Shown in pieces: positions 16,874 to 17,212 of a stretch of 17,212 nucleotides of DNA; position 1 is the first letter of the stretch; each line of letters starts with the position of its first letter. Below the pieces are notes generated by a model. That model was not told the origin of the DNA, made no database searches, and saw nothing but the letters and a program-made list of their open reading frames with translations. Where the stretch lies: positions 1 to 17,212 of the forward strand of contig CAWVXU010000059.1 of assembly GCA_963934255.1 (NCBI GenBank), written 5' to 3'. The position numbers and the translations under genes are program-made. The stretch is from an uncultured Fibrobacterales bacterium (GTDB taxonomy: Bacteria; Fibrobacterota; Fibrobacteria; Fibrobacterales; CAWVXU01).

Positions 16874-17212
16874 TTACATCACAAAATGGTTTATGCTTTG
16901 TTGGTTAAATTTTATGTAATATATTCCCATGTTTGAGATAGGGGGCAAATTGACGAATTGGCTTTGAGCGGGAACTTGAATTTCATGTATTAAATGCCCT
17001 TGGCTATTGTATATTGCGAGAGTTTGTTGTTTTTGTGTTTTGTAGCTCATGTACAATGTTTGATCTTGGATTGTCATTTGAAAAGCAGTGCTTTTTAATG
17101 CATTGATACCGATTCGGTTTTCTATACCTTCTCCATCTAGGCCAACTGGTTGTTCAATCCAAGCTATCAATTCTTGAGCGGTCACAAAGCGCACATCTGG
17201 TTTGCTTAATGC
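16874..17212 (-). CDS. 3' end of a secreted enzyme (probable CE4 polysaccharide deacetylase) with a T9SS type A-like C-terminal domain; 5'-truncated by the window edge
   Basis: The frame is open to base 17212 and reads ALSKPDVRFVTAQELIAWIEQPVGL, resembling the DV.FVT..Q.I.W...P end of CE4 chitin-deacetylase-like domains. The tail TLAIYNSQGHLI...MGIYYIKF...HFVM resembles a Por-secretion CTD. The catalytic motifs lie outside the window. Confidence 0.55.
   Translation of the reverse strand, partial: ALSKPDVRFVTAQELIAWIEQPVGLDGEGIENRIGINALKSTAFQMTIQDQTLYMSYKTQKQQTLAIYNSQGHLIHEIQVPAQSQFVNLPPISNMGIYYIKFNQQSINHFVM

Noticed and set aside
1..17212. CRISPR array, tRNA/rRNA, IS/prophage or anti-phage defence system
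   Set aside because: No spaced direct repeats, RNA-gene signatures, transposase/integrase or nuclease/ATPase defence motifs were seen. All intergenic gaps are under about 160 bp.

Overview
AT-rich, gene-dense bacterial chromosomal window with 14 supportable CDSs. Two of them run off the window edges. I found no rRNA, tRNA, CRISPR array, transposase or phage gene. In order: a 5'-truncated GH20 beta-N-acetylhexosaminidase (+); a translationally coupled HAD phosphatase + ROK sugar kinase pair (-); a divergent Bcr/CflA MFS exporter (+) preceded by a perfect 10-bp inverted repeat; a DCC/DUF393 thiol-disulfide protein (-); an uncharacterised secreted ~590-aa protein with a Fibrobacter-style C-terminal region (+); a tightly packed TolC-MFP-RND-mutY operon (-); a eukaryotic-type (His6-like) hisA directly behind a secreted AttH/CrtC-like protein (-); a single-POTRA Omp85-family protein with atypical motifs (+); and the 3' end of a probable polysaccharide deacetylase with a T9SS-like C-terminal domain (-). 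These traits, plus Shine-Dalgarno use, suggest a Fibrobacterota genome (inference). No clearly new multi-gene system can be shown from sequence alone. The best leads are the atypical Omp85, the two unassigned secreted proteins, a ~50-aa insertion in MutY and the orphan operator-like repeat. All family calls come from motif recognition by eye, not from database searches.
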